Origin: an uncultured Mycoplasmatota bacterium
GTDB taxonomy: Bacteria > Bacillota_I > Bacilli_A > RF39 > UBA660
NCBI GenBank assembly: GCA_949287595.1
Contig: CASEGV010000001.1
Location: 129,982-193,981 of the forward strand
Length of the DNA: 64,000 nt
Reading direction: 5' to 3'
Position numbers and translations under genes: made by a program. How positions within the stretch are numbered: position 1 is the first letter of the stretch; each line of letters opens with the position of its first letter. The notes beneath the pieces are model-generated. The model was not told where the DNA came from. It worked only from the letters and a program-made list of their open reading frames with translations, and did no database searches. This document shows, in pieces, positions 63,058 to 64,000 of this stretch.

Positions 63058-63642
63058 ATGAAACATTTTTATGGTTATATTAAAACAGATAACTTAGAAT
63101 CTTATCAAGAATATAATCCTGAGGTTAGTGAATTACCCAAAGAATATAAACTTAAGGATCTAGGTGAAGTATGGGACCAAGGAAATAAAGGATCCTGTGT
63201 TAGCTGCAGTATTTCTGAAATGTATAACTTTTATCAAGTATCTCATGGGAAAAAGTTAGATATCCCATTTACATATGTATATGATAAAAGATCAGATAAA
63301 AGTTTAGACGGAATGCAACCAGCTGAAGGATTTAAAATATTATCTAATGAAGGGAAGATAAAAATGTTTTCTAGAATATCAACTCTAGATTCATTAAAAC
63401 AATCTATATTAGCTAATGGACCAGCTCTTATTGGCATGACAGTTAGAGATACAGATAGAACAGATTTTTGGAATGGTCCTACTGCACAAAATATAGGACA
63501 TGCTGTGGCAGTGGTCGGATATAATCAGGATTCTTTAATTATTAAAAATTCTTGGGGATATTCGTATGGAGAATATGGATATTGGTATTTACCATTTAGT
63601 GATTTTCGAGTAGTTAAGGAGGCTTGGACTATAATAAAATGA
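63058..63642 (+). CDS. Papain-like cysteine peptidase (C1 family pattern); candidate endolysin
   Basis: QGNKGSCVSCS (papain QGxCGSCWAFS), IGHAVAVVGY (GHAVxxVGY), IIKNSWGYSYGEYGYWYL (xxKNSWGxxWGxxGY). Confidence 0.7.
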   Translation: MKHFYGYIKTDNLESYQEYNPEVSELPKEYKLKDLGEVWDQGNKGSCVSCSISEMYNFYQVSHGKKLDIPFTYVYDKRSDKSLDGMQPAEGFKILSNEGKIKMFSRISTLDSLKQSILANGPALIGMTVRDTDRTDFWNGPTAQNIGHAVAVVGYNQDSLIIKNSWGYSYGEYGYWYLPFSDFRVVKEAWTIIK

Positions 63643-63983
63643 AAAATATAACTAATTATATTATAGTAGTGTTATCTATCTTCATATCAATTATAATAAG
63701 TTGTACAAATACAATTAACACATTATCAGAAGATCAACTTATTGGAGTGTGGAGGATTAATAATAACAATGATATAATATATTTTAAAAATGATAATACA
63801 TTTGTACTAACGGATTGGACTTGTAATAGAGTATATAAAAAAGGAAATTGGGAATTAAAAGAGGAATACTCTATGATAGAAATTAATGATAGTTTATTAT
63901 TTAAAATAGATGATATTGAATATGATAAAATAATTTTTAATAATGATACTATATTTAAAGTTTATAATTTAAATCCCAAATAA
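63624..63983 (+). CDS. Putative lipoprotein (spanin-like position)
   Basis: Leader IIVVLSIFISIIISCT. Overlaps the end of the peptidase gene. Confidence 0.45.
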   Translation: MDYNKMKNITNYIIVVLSIFISIIISCTNTINTLSEDQLIGVWRINNNNDIIYFKNDNTFVLTDWTCNRVYKKGNWELKEEYSMIEINDSLLFKIDDIEYDKIIFNNDTIFKVYNLNPK

Positions 63984-64000
63984 TAATAAAAAAGATCATA

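Noticed and set aside
1-64000. tRNA genes, rRNA genes, or stop-codon recoding.
   Set aside because: I found no cloverleaf or T-loop (GTTCGAAT-like) candidates in intergenic regions. All three stop codons terminate well-supported ORFs, and no long gene needs read-through apart from the intron and frameshift cases explained above.

Overview
This window is an AT-rich (roughly 27-30% GC by eye), densely coding segment of a large tailed phage, possibly a jumbo phage. The host is probably a member of the Bacteroidota: start codons lack Shine-Dalgarno sequences, and secreted proteins carry SVRAQ-type signal peptides or lipoprotein leaders.

Leftward block (1-27372, minus strand): the 5' part of a multisubunit RNAP beta-like gene, then a complete RNAP beta-prime-like gene. 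I reconstruct the beta-prime gene as six exons separated by five group I introns. Four introns carry homing-endonuclease ORFs, and one exon is only 25 nt. After these come a DHH phosphoesterase, an actin-like ATPase, dUTPase, an NAD-ligase-like gene, GroEL plus GroES, and many unknown ORFs.

Control region (27.37-28.8 kb): divergent and tandem promoter-like motifs, a three-hairpin array with conserved TTGTGAAA loops that ends in a strong terminator, and a GC-richer DUF1874/AcrIII-1-like ring-nuclease gene.

Rightward block: an SF2 helicase, a T5orf172 protein sharing a duplicated C-terminal module with the helicase, and a two-gene island on the opposite strand that includes a flotillin. It continues with a frameshifted Vsr/DUF559-like endonuclease, a metallophosphoesterase, a MoxR-like AAA ATPase paired with a VWA/metallopeptidase protein, DUF488 and RNase H. 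It ends with a large tail-fibre module, including a 2708-aa highly repetitive fibre, and a lysis-like cassette with a papain-type (C1) peptidase.

I saw no rRNA, tRNA or CRISPR array. Every functional call rests on motifs read by eye; no database search was run.
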